IMG/VR virus record: IMGVR_UViG_3300011013_000004
Coordinates: 1 to 36,131 of that record
Source: a virus
DNA: 36,131 bases
Direction: 5' to 3' (one strand)
The notes below the pieces were generated by a model. It was not told the DNA's origin. It did no database searches and was given only the letters and a program-made list of their open reading frames with translations. A program made the translations under genes and the position numbers. Below, piece by piece: positions 13,251 through 20,718 of the stretch (positions within the stretch are counted from its first letter, which is position 1; each line of letters opens with the position of its first letter).

Positions 13251-14228
13251 ATGACAAAAGACCAATTAATTACAGATAAATTTGCAATCTATAATAGTGA
13301 TTGTATGCACGTTTTGCCAACATTAGATAATGATAGCATAGATTTTAGCGTGTATTCACCACCATTTGCAGGGTTATATAATTATTCCAGCTCAGAAAAT
13401 GATTTTTCTAATTGTGAAACAAAAGATCAATTTTTGCAACAATATGAGTACCTAATAAAAGAGGTTGCAAGGGTAACAAAACCAGGCAGGATTACAGCCG
13501 TTCATTGTACGGATATAATGAATTCCAAGTCAGGGCAATTATGGGATTTTCCAAATGAGATAATAAAATTGCACGAAAAATTTGATTTTAGATATAGGAA
13601 TAAAATAACGATCTGGAAAGAGCCACTAAAAGTCAGGATGCGTACAATGGTAAGATCTTTAATGCATAAATTAATCGTAGAGGATTCTACTGAATGTTTT
13701 ACGGCTATGCCTGATTATATTCTAATATTCAAAATGAAAGGAGAAAATGAAACTCCTGTAACGCATCCAGAGGGATTCAAATATTATGCAGGTGCAAATC
13801 CGATATTGCCTGAAATGGTTGAAAAATATGGTTCTCTTGATGATTTAAAAAAGAAATACAAAGACCATCAAGATCCAAAAACTAATAAACTAAGTCATAT
13901 TATATGGCAAAGATATGCATCCAGCGTATGGGATGATATTAGAATAGATGAGGTTTTAAAATTTAAAGAGGGTAAAGATGAAGATGACGAAAAGCACGTA
14001 CACCCACTGCAATTAGATGTTATTGATAGATTGGTGGAATTATACACTAATAAAAATGAAATAGTATTAACGCCTTTTATGGGCGTTGGTAGTGAGGTTT
14101 ATAGTCCTGTTTCATTAGGTCGTAAAGCTATTGGAATTGAATTAAAAGATAGCTATTATAAACAAGCAATAAAAAACTTAAAAGAGGTTGAATATAGATA
14201 TGCTGAAAATCAATTAACATTACTTTGA
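13251..14228 (+). CDS. Beta-class amino DNA methyltransferase (N4-cytosine or N6-adenine; SPPF type)
   Basis: Catalytic motif IV SPPF (13356-13367) precedes the SAM motif I VLTPFMGVGSE near the C-terminus. HPLQLDVIDRLV matches the HPxxKP block of the N6_N4 MTase family. Confidence 0.85.
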   Translation: MTKDQLITDKFAIYNSDCMHVLPTLDNDSIDFSVYSPPFAGLYNYSSSENDFSNCETKDQFLQQYEYLIKEVARVTKPGRITAVHCTDIMNSKSGQLWDFPNEIIKLHEKFDFRYRNKITIWKEPLKVRMRTMVRSLMHKLIVEDSTECFTAMPDYILIFKMKGENETPVTHPEGFKYYAGANPILPEMVEKYGSLDDLKKKYKDHQDPKTNKLSHIIWQRYASSVWDDIRIDEVLKFKEGKDEDDEKHVHPLQLDVIDRLVELYTNKNEIVLTPFMGVGSEVYSPVSLGRKAIGIELKDSYYKQAIKNLKEVEYRYAENQLTLL

Positions 14229-14232
14229 TATA

Positions 14233-14634
14233 ATGAAAAAGAAGAGTACCTTAACAACCTCAAAACTAAAAAAGAAATTAGACCGATTATTCTCGAAGTT
14301 TATCAAGCTAAGGGATGGAGGACAAGAGTTTTTTAAATGTATATCTTGCCAAAAGACAAAACCTCTAAGTCAGTTCAACGCAGGTCACTATTGGAGCAGA
14401 AGATATATGTCTGTAAGGTATGATGAAAAGAACGTCAATGGACAATGTATCTATTGTAATATGCACCTATCTGGAAATATACAAGGTTATAGAGAAGGAT
14501 TAATTAAAAAGTACGGAGAGGAAATATTACAACACTTAGATATTAAAAAGAATAACATTTCTAAGATGGGAAGATTTGAGTTTGAAGTGTTAATAAATGA
14601 GTATAACGATAAGATTAAGGTTTTAAAAAAATAA
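14233..14634 (+). CDS. ninG: NinG/Rap-like recombination endonuclease
   Basis: FIKLRDGG...CISCQK...NAGHYWSRR...VRYDEKNVNGQCIYCNMHLSGNIQGYREGLIKKYG aligns block by block with lambda NinG as I remember it (FIRERDRDLPCISCG...DAGHY...[34 protein letters not shown]). Confidence 0.85.
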   Translation: MKKKSTLTTSKLKKKLDRLFSKFIKLRDGGQEFFKCISCQKTKPLSQFNAGHYWSRRYMSVRYDEKNVNGQCIYCNMHLSGNIQGYREGLIKKYGEEILQHLDIKKNNISKMGRFEFEVLINEYNDKIKVLKK

Positions 14635-14635
14635 C

Positions 14636-14643
14636 TATCTTTG
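14636..14643 (+). promoter_or_regulatory. -7 box TAtcTTTG placed 4 nt before the ATG of the ParB-like gene (possible leaderless transcript)
   Basis: TATCTTTGTCAAATG at 14636-14650. No clear -33 TTTG at the expected distance. Confidence 0.35.
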
Positions 14644-14647
14644 TCAA

Positions 14648-15226
14648 ATGAAGATAAAAGATAGACCCATCAGCGAACTTATATTTGCTGAATATAACCC
14701 CAGAGAACTAACCCCAGACCAACACCAGCAGCTTAAAGATTCTTTGACAAGATTCGGAATAGTTGACCCTGTAATAGTAAACACCCACAAAGACAGAAAA
14801 GATATTATCGTAGGTGGACACCAAAGGACAAAGGTCTGGAAGGAAATGGGTAATAAAGAAATCCCTACAATAGAAGTTAATCTTAACCCAGAAAAAGAAA
14901 GGGAATTAAATATACGACTAAACAAAAACTCTGGTCAATGGGACTGGGCTGCACTTACAGAACATTTTGATTCTACCGACCTTGTGAAGTGGGGTTTTGA
15001 GGAATGGAATTTTCCAGAGAATGTTGATTATTCAATACTTGACGATACTGATTTAGGCGAAGAACTAACAGGTATGGAAAATGGAGTTAAAAAAGCAATA
15101 CAGATTGAATTTGAACCTGCTGACTATGAACAAGCCGTAGAAATGGTATCAAAATACAGAAAAGCAGGTGCGTATATTGGGGGGATTTTATTGCAACACT
15201 TATTAGACAATCAAAAGGAATTATAG
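14648..15226 (+). CDS. ParB-like nuclease domain (ParB/Srx fold) protein
   Basis: ISELIFAEYNPRELT and IIVGGHQRTKVW are the ParB N-terminal domain boxes (NPR and GxHR). Confidence 0.8.
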   Translation: MKIKDRPISELIFAEYNPRELTPDQHQQLKDSLTRFGIVDPVIVNTHKDRKDIIVGGHQRTKVWKEMGNKEIPTIEVNLNPEKERELNIRLNKNSGQWDWAALTEHFDSTDLVKWGFEEWNFPENVDYSILDDTDLGEELTGMENGVKKAIQIEFEPADYEQAVEMVSKYRKAGAYIGGILLQHLLDNQKEL

Positions 15227-15906
15227 TGCAAATAGAGAAATTTAAACATAAAGAAATTAATTTTTTAGCAAGAAGTGGAACATCAGATAAAAAGACCTTT
15301 GATGAAGTAATTATAAGGAATGTTTATGAAAAAAGATACTTTAAAATAAACTCTGGTGAACACTGGTTAGATTTAGGTGGTAACGTGGGTGCATTTGCAT
15401 TAAATGTATTAAATAAAGGTAGTTCTGTCGATATATATGAGCCAGACCCCTTTAATTGCAGAATGATAGAAAAGAATTTGAAAGCAAATAATTACAATGC
15501 CAATATACACCAAAAAGCTATTGTTGCAACGACCAGAAAAAAGATGGTAATGTATGTTGGAAATAATATGCAAGTTTGGAGGAATAGCTTATATAAGAAC
15601 TGGGGAAACCAAAAATTCAATGTAGATTGTATTCACTTTGAAGAAGTTATTAAAACTGATTCATTAGTTAAAATGGATATAGAGGGTGCAGAAATGGATA
15701 TATTAGAAAACCTTGCTATCTATCCTAAAAGGATGGTATTTGAATGGAGTTTTGACGTAGATGAAAGCTTAACAAGATACAGGAATATAGTCAAAAAGCT
15801 GAAAAAGGTCTATAAAAATGTAAAAGCACCAAATTATAACGACGCTTATGTCATTTGGCAGAAATCGTGGTTTCCTCCCTGTGCAAATGTTTATTGTTAT
15901 GATTAA
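15226..15906 (+). CDS. FkbM-family SAM-dependent methyltransferase
   Basis: LDLGGNVGAFAL (SAM motif I), VDIYEPDPFNCRMIEKNLKAN and DSLVKMDIEGAEMDILENL are FkbM (Methyltransf_21) hallmarks. GTG start shares 1 nt with the upstream TAG. Confidence 0.8.
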   Translation: MQIEKFKHKEINFLARSGTSDKKTFDEVIIRNVYEKRYFKINSGEHWLDLGGNVGAFALNVLNKGSSVDIYEPDPFNCRMIEKNLKANNYNANIHQKAIVATTRKKMVMYVGNNMQVWRNSLYKNWGNQKFNVDCIHFEEVIKTDSLVKMDIEGAEMDILENLAIYPKRMVFEWSFDVDESLTRYRNIVKKLKKVYKNVKAPNYNDAYVIWQKSWFPPCANVYCYD

Positions 15907-16723
15907 AGTAAATTTAATAGAAAAAGAACATAAAATAAAAATAGGTCAAAAGTGCCAAGATATTGAGCCGAACGTAAAAGAGGATTGTATATTTATGGCA
16001 GATGGAAAGCCAATAGGGTTCTTTATTAGGAAAATAAAGGGAAATTTAAAACAATATATTGAGATTGCAAACAATGAGTTTAAGAGTGATAATGTACCTA
16101 AAAGCAAAATGGCAAGGGCAGGAAAATTAAGGGCTTTGCAAATGGGTAAAAGTTTAAAAGAGGCAATGTCTATTGATGTTGAACAAATGAGTTGTATTTT
16201 GGGTGCAATTCCTCCAAAACAATTAATGCGAAGACCTTACCCAAACATATCAAGCGTTCATAGTGTAAAAACTGCAAGGACTTTTATTAAAGCTATGCTA
16301 TTAGCAAGTGCAGAAAGCGAAAAATTGATTAAAGAGATACTACCAGAACAATATAAGAAACAAAAAGAAATTTTATTAAAAACACCAAAAGAATTTAGAT
16401 TTGGAAACCTCTTTACAAGCAGCATTTCAAATTATAACATATCAGCACCTTTCCATAGAGACGCAGGAAACCTAAAAGAAACGATAAATGTAATAATAAC
16501 AAAACGCAAGTATTCAACTGGTGGTAATCTTTATATCCCTGACTATGATGTTTGTATAGACCAGTGCGACAACTCTATATTAGTTTACCCCGCTTGGAGG
16601 AACGTACACGGAGTAACACCAATTAAACAAGAGAACGAAAAAGGACATAGAAACTCTTTAATATTCTATCCCTTGAAAGCATTTGAGAAATATAATAAAG
16701 AGGAATTAATAGTAACAAAATAG
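15899..16723 (+). CDS. TET/JBP-family 2-oxoglutarate/Fe(II) dioxygenase (putative DNA base oxygenase)
   Basis: FHRDAGNLKETINVIIT (HRD at 16454-16462), NSILVYPAWRNVHGVTP (His at 16607-16609) and GHRNSLIFYPL (Arg at 16649-16651) parallel the TET core blocks HRDxHNxxxGxTVVCTLT, GSILIECAKxELHATTP and RxSLVFYQH. ATG 15899 overlaps the FkbM stop (ATGATTAA); ATG 15887 is an alternative start. Confidence 0.7.
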   Translation: MIKVNLIEKEHKIKIGQKCQDIEPNVKEDCIFMADGKPIGFFIRKIKGNLKQYIEIANNEFKSDNVPKSKMARAGKLRALQMGKSLKEAMSIDVEQMSCILGAIPPKQLMRRPYPNISSVHSVKTARTFIKAMLLASAESEKLIKEILPEQYKKQKEILLKTPKEFRFGNLFTSSISNYNISAPFHRDAGNLKETINVIITKRKYSTGGNLYIPDYDVCIDQCDNSILVYPAWRNVHGVTPIKQENEKGHRNSLIFYPLKAFEKYNKEELIVTK

Positions 16724-16759
16724 CAACCAAATAGATTAATTTGCGTTTAAATTAGTTAT

Positions 16760-17113
16760 ATGAAAACCAACAAAATCCAACAAACTAAAAAAGCACTTCT
16801 GGTAGCACTGGAAAAAACGCTTGGAATTGTGACCACTGCCTGTAAGATAGTAGACATTGATAGAAGCACCTTTTATAAATACTTCAATGAAGATAAGGAC
16901 TTTGCAAAAGCAGTTAAAGACGTTGATAACGTAGTTCTTGACTTCGCTGAATCTCAGCTACACCAACAAATCAAGGATAGCAATACGGCATCTACTATCT
17001 TTTACTTAAAGACAAAAGGAAAGAACAGGGGATATGTAGAACGTCAGGAGATTACAGGAAAGGATGGGGATGCAATAGAAATAACCGGTTTTAATTATGT
17101 CAAGCCAGAGTGA
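16760..17113 (+). CDS. terS: Terminase small subunit (HTH type)
   Basis: KALLVALEKTLGIVTTACKIVDIDRSTFYKYFNEDKDF...FAESQL...STIFYLKTKG is the usual HTH small-terminase pattern. Overlaps terL (GTGA). Confidence 0.7.
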   Translation: MKTNKIQQTKKALLVALEKTLGIVTTACKIVDIDRSTFYKYFNEDKDFAKAVKDVDNVVLDFAESQLHQQIKDSNTASTIFYLKTKGKNRGYVERQEITGKDGDAIEITGFNYVKPE

Positions 17114-18450
17114 AAGTCACCCCGACAATAAGACCAACGCTAAAACAGGACTTAGCATATCAAAAGCTATTAGACGACACGACGAAGTATATCCTATTTG
17201 GTGGCGGTGCAGGGGGTGGGAAATCTTGGTTAGGGTGTGAATGGTTAATAACAAGGTGTTACTTTTATCCAGAAACAAGATGGTTCATAGGCAGGGAAGA
17301 ACTAAAACGATTAAGGGATTCAACCTTCGTTACTTTCTTCAAAGTTTTTAAATATATGTTTGACCCTTTTGGAGTAACGTCAGGTCAGATGTTTAAGTAT
17401 AACGGCTCAGACCACTACTTTGATTTCTTTAATGGTTCAAGGGTTGATTTATTAGACCTCAAATACCTACCCTCAGACCCTTTATACGAAAGATACGGCT
17501 CAGTAGAATACACAGGAGGATGGATAGAAGAAGGTGGAGAGGTGGACTTTGGTGCGTTTGATATTCTAAAGACGAGAATAGGCAGACACTTAAACGACAA
17601 ATATGATACTCTGGGGAAGATTCTCATAACCTCAAACCCTAAAAAGAATTGGATTTATCATACCTTCTATAAGCCAGACAAGGAAAACATCTTACCTAAA
17701 GACCACGCCTTTATTAAGGCACTTGTTCAAGACAATCAATACATTGAGAGCAGGTATTTAGAATCCTTACAAGGACTTAAAGACCAAAATAAAAAGGAAA
17801 GATTACTATACGGAAACTGGGAGTATGACGACGACCCGGCAAAGCTGATGGACTACGACGCAATAACAGACCTATTCACTAATCAAGCCAACGGACAAGG
17901 AAACTATTTAACGGCTGATATAGCACGTTTTGGCAAGGATAAGACGATTCTAATGGCTTGGCAAGGGTATAGGGTTATTGAGGTACAAAGTGTCTTACAA
18001 TCGAGCATAACGGATTCAGCTACTTTAATAAAAGAAATGAGCAAAAGACATAACATACCACGCAGTAAGATAGTAGTAGATGAAGATGGGTTAGGTGGTG
18101 GAGTTAAAGACATACTTCGATGTAAGGGATTTGTTAATAATAGCACCCCTCATAAGGTCAAAGGAGAGAGAGAAAACTACCAAAACTTAAAGGCACAATG
18201 TTATTTTCGTCTTGCTGAACGAGTAAATCAAAGGACAATAGCAGTAGAATGTGATAGTGAAACAAGGGAGAGAATTACCGAAGAACTGGAAGTTATAAAG
18301 CAGAAAGACCCAGACCGAGATAATAAAGTGAACGTAATCCCTAAAGAAAAGATAAAAGATTTGTTAGGGCGTTCACCTGATTACGCTGATACGTTAATGA
18401 TGCGAATGTATTTTGATGTTAATAAAAAACGTATCTCGGTTTCGATTTAA
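17110..18450 (+). CDS. terL: Terminase large subunit
   Basis: Walker A GGGAGGGKSW and Walker B-like GGWIEEGGE. A C-terminal nuclease-type region follows (ADIARFGKDKT...VVDEDGLGGG...SPDYADTLMM). Confidence 0.9.
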   Translation: MKVTPTIRPTLKQDLAYQKLLDDTTKYILFGGGAGGGKSWLGCEWLITRCYFYPETRWFIGREELKRLRDSTFVTFFKVFKYMFDPFGVTSGQMFKYNGSDHYFDFFNGSRVDLLDLKYLPSDPLYERYGSVEYTGGWIEEGGEVDFGAFDILKTRIGRHLNDKYDTLGKILITSNPKKNWIYHTFYKPDKENILPKDHAFIKALVQDNQYIESRYLESLQGLKDQNKKERLLYGNWEYDDDPAKLMDYDAITDLFTNQANGQGNYLTADIARFGKDKTILMAWQGYRVIEVQSVLQSSITDSATLIKEMSKRHNIPRSKIVVDEDGLGGGVKDILRCKGFVNNSTPHKVKGERENYQNLKAQCYFRLAERVNQRTIAVECDSETRERITEELEVIKQKDPDRDNKVNVIPKEKIKDLLGRSPDYADTLMMRMYFDVNKKRISVSI

Positions 18451-18463
18451 AAAATATTTGTAT

Positions 18464-18471
18464 TAATTTTG
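18464..18471 (+). promoter_or_regulatory. Possible -7 box TAatTTTG downstream of terL
   Basis: TAATTTTG at 18464-18471, 20 nt before ATG 18492. At -33 there is only a TTTC (18440-18443). Confidence 0.25.
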
Positions 18472-18491
18472 AAAAACTAAAAAAATTTATT

Positions 18492-18689
18492 ATGGCTAAG
18501 AAAAAAGCAGAGAAAAAAGCAGAACCAAAGGTAATAGGCAGAGAAGGTATCTTTGCAGATGCACACAAGGAACTAAGCGGATTAGCAGCTAAGTATAAAG
18601 CACAAGCTATTTCACAATCAGGAGGAACGGCACAAAGATTAAACAAAGCGTCTATTGACATTGCACGATTAGCGAAGTTGTTTGTATGA
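18492..18689 (+). CDS. Small basic protein (65 aa)
   Basis: Lys-rich N-terminus MAKKKAEKKAEPK. ATGA-coupled to the next gene. Confidence 0.5.
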   Translation: MAKKKAEKKAEPKVIGREGIFADAHKELSGLAAKYKAQAISQSGGTAQRLNKASIDIARLAKLFV

Positions 18690-19411
18690 AGATTGAACTG
18701 GATGGTAAGGAGTTTGATATGCCTATACACTGGCAGGACGTTACTTTAGGACAAATCATAGAGAGTGATAAACTCTTAAATGATATGCCGGAGAAGTTAC
18801 GTTTAGTCACCTTTGAGAATAAGGAACAGGAATACACAGACGACGACCAGATAGATAATTGGAAGTTTTATAGAAAGTGGATAGGTTACTGGATTAAGAT
18901 ACCTGACAACTATGAACTTAAGATTGACGACGTTAAGATGTTATACCAAGCAACTCAAATCTTTATGGGTTCAGCGTCAGAAGATGACATCTTTATAGAG
19001 CCGACAATAACTTTCAAGGGCGTGGAGTATGGTTTGCCTGAAGCAGAGAAACTACTTAACGGACAGACAAAAGAAATGGCTAAAAGTAGTTACGGAGAGT
19101 TCATAGAATCAGCACAACTCACGACTAAGATTAATCAATTAAAATCAGGCGACCTCACGGCTTTACCATTACTCACGGCAATACTTTACAGACCAATCAA
19201 AGAGAGTGGCTTTTTGTGGTGGAAAAAGCGTAGGGTTTCTGATTACATTGAGGAAGAAGTTATGCAAAGGGTAGAAGTATTTAAAGACCTACCTATGGAC
19301 AAGGTTTGGGGTGCTTATTTTTTTTTAACCGAGCATCTGGGAAAGTATGTAAATGGTTTGGCGACCTCTTTAAAGGGGGAGGACAAGGTACGAGATATGG
19401 TTGGTACATAA
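18686..19411 (+). CDS. Hypothetical virion-module protein (241 aa); contains a T9 slippery tract near its 3' end
   Basis: Long ATG ORF. T-run at 19318-19326, with an ORF open in the -1 frame from 19306 to 19566. Confidence 0.6.
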   Translation: MKIELDGKEFDMPIHWQDVTLGQIIESDKLLNDMPEKLRLVTFENKEQEYTDDDQIDNWKFYRKWIGYWIKIPDNYELKIDDVKMLYQATQIFMGSASEDDIFIEPTITFKGVEYGLPEAEKLLNGQTKEMAKSSYGEFIESAQLTTKINQLKSGDLTALPLLTAILYRPIKESGFLWWKKRRVSDYIEEEVMQRVEVFKDLPMDKVWGAYFFLTEHLGKYVNGLATSLKGEDKVRDMVGT

Positions 19412-19566
19412 TGACCAAAAACATAGCTAAGTCAGGGGTGTTTGGTAGGAGTATTAAGGACGTAGAGAGGTCAAATTTATACGAGGTTTTTTACTTTGCA
19501 ATGGCAGAAAAGGTAGAAACAGATTTACAGAATGAGCATATTAGTAGCAGCACCAACAAGCGATAA
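19411..19566 (+). CDS. Either a small ORF (51 aa) or the -1 frameshift extension of the 241-aa protein
   Basis: ATG 19411 overlaps the upstream TAA (TAATG). The same frame is open back through the T9 tract. Overlaps the glycosyltransferase start by 35 nt. Confidence 0.3.
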   Translation: MTKNIAKSGVFGRSIKDVERSNLYEVFYFAMAEKVETDLQNEHISSSTNKR

Positions 19567-20242
19567 AAAGGATTATTGTATTTCCTTATATGCTCGACAA
19601 GTCCAGTCCTTTACATATCACAACTACGACAACTTTATTGTCGATACTTCTAAGGATAAAAACCACGTTCAAAGATTGTGGAAGTTAGGATTAAACGCAG
19701 AGAGAATAGAGCCATACGGAACGCCTACTGAGTACATAACAAGAAGTCAGAACCTAATTAGGGAGAAGGTTTTAATTGATGGTTACGAATGGTTGTTTTT
19801 ATTAGAAACAGATGTTTTTGTTCCGCTTAACATATTAGAGTATTTAATGTCTTTTGAGAATCCGGTACACGCCTTTTCTTACTTCATAACAGAGGACAAA
19901 GCAAAAGGATTATGTTTACAAGGACTAACAGAGAATGACGACAAAAGAGGAATGAGATTAAACCCAACTACTGGAGATAGTTTATTTAGTGGAGAGATAA
20001 AAGAAAGCTACGGGGTTGATTTTGATGTATATGCAACAGGGATGGGATGCGTATTAATACATAGGCACGTCTTAGAGGAACTCGATTTTAGAACAGACCC
20101 TAAATATCCAAACACGTTTAGTGATTCGTATTTCTTTGAGGACGTTAAAAGTTTAGGAATTAAGGCAGTATTAGACACAACAATAGTACCTGCTCATTAT
20201 ATGAATGATAGTTACGTAACCGACTTAAAAGTTTACCAATGA
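19532..20242 (+). CDS. GT-A fold (family-2-like) glycosyltransferase
   Basis: ILVAAPTSDKKDY...NFIVDTSKD (Rossmann start), RSQNLIREKVLIDGYEWLFLLETDVFVP (DxD-type ETD) and GMGCVLIHRHVLEELDF...FFEDVKSLGIK follow the GT2 pattern. Confidence 0.7.
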   Translation: MSILVAAPTSDKKDYCISLYARQVQSFTYHNYDNFIVDTSKDKNHVQRLWKLGLNAERIEPYGTPTEYITRSQNLIREKVLIDGYEWLFLLETDVFVPLNILEYLMSFENPVHAFSYFITEDKAKGLCLQGLTENDDKRGMRLNPTTGDSLFSGEIKESYGVDFDVYATGMGCVLIHRHVLEELDFRTDPKYPNTFSDSYFFEDVKSLGIKAVLDTTIVPAHYMNDSYVTDLKVYQ

Positions 20243-20718
20243 ACATACAAGGAATAATAGATGAACTCAGCACAATAGCGACGGCTTTTACTTCAGTTAG
20301 TAGCTTTAACTTTGGATTGCTAAGTGATATAAATGCCGACCAAGAAAAGAGCTATCCAATGGTTCAACTGAACTCAGAACTAACTTCTTCTAATATCCAT
20401 ACGTTTAATAATTACCTGCCAAAAGAAAAGACGTATTCTATTGATTTGATTGTGTGGGATATATACAAAATAAGTGAGAAGAAAACAAAGACATTACAAA
20501 ATAAATATTCAGATATTGAGATAATTGCCGACCAATACATTGCAGAAGTTTTGCGAAGAACAATAGGACTTGGCGGTGCTTTTACGTTAATGAATGACAC
20601 AGAGTTGGGTGGAACGTATGTAAGCAATTCTCATAACGATAAACTGGTAGGGATTAAGTATAGTTTAATATTCAGGTCAAGCAACGTCGGTTGTACGCTT
20701 GGCACATTTTCTTATTAA
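20239..20718 (+). CDS. Putative virion (neck / tail-completion) protein
   Basis: ATGA- and TAATG-coupled within the structural block. No firm motif. Confidence 0.5.
   Translation: MNIQGIIDELSTIATAFTSVSSFNFGLLSDINADQEKSYPMVQLNSELTSSNIHTFNNYLPKEKTYSIDLIVWDIYKISEKKTKTLQNKYSDIEIIADQYIAEVLRRTIGLGGAFTLMNDTELGGTYVSNSHNDKLVGIKYSLIFRSSNVGCTLGTFSY

Noticed and set aside
15851-15906. Pro-Cys (WFPPCANVYC) near the C-terminus of the FkbM-like methyltransferase, as a possible C5-MTase-like catalytic PC motif
   Set aside because: A bare P-C dipeptide outside the conserved C5-MTase motif context (no PCQ/ENV/QRR blocks) is not evidence. It is worth mutating only if the enzyme proves to act on DNA.
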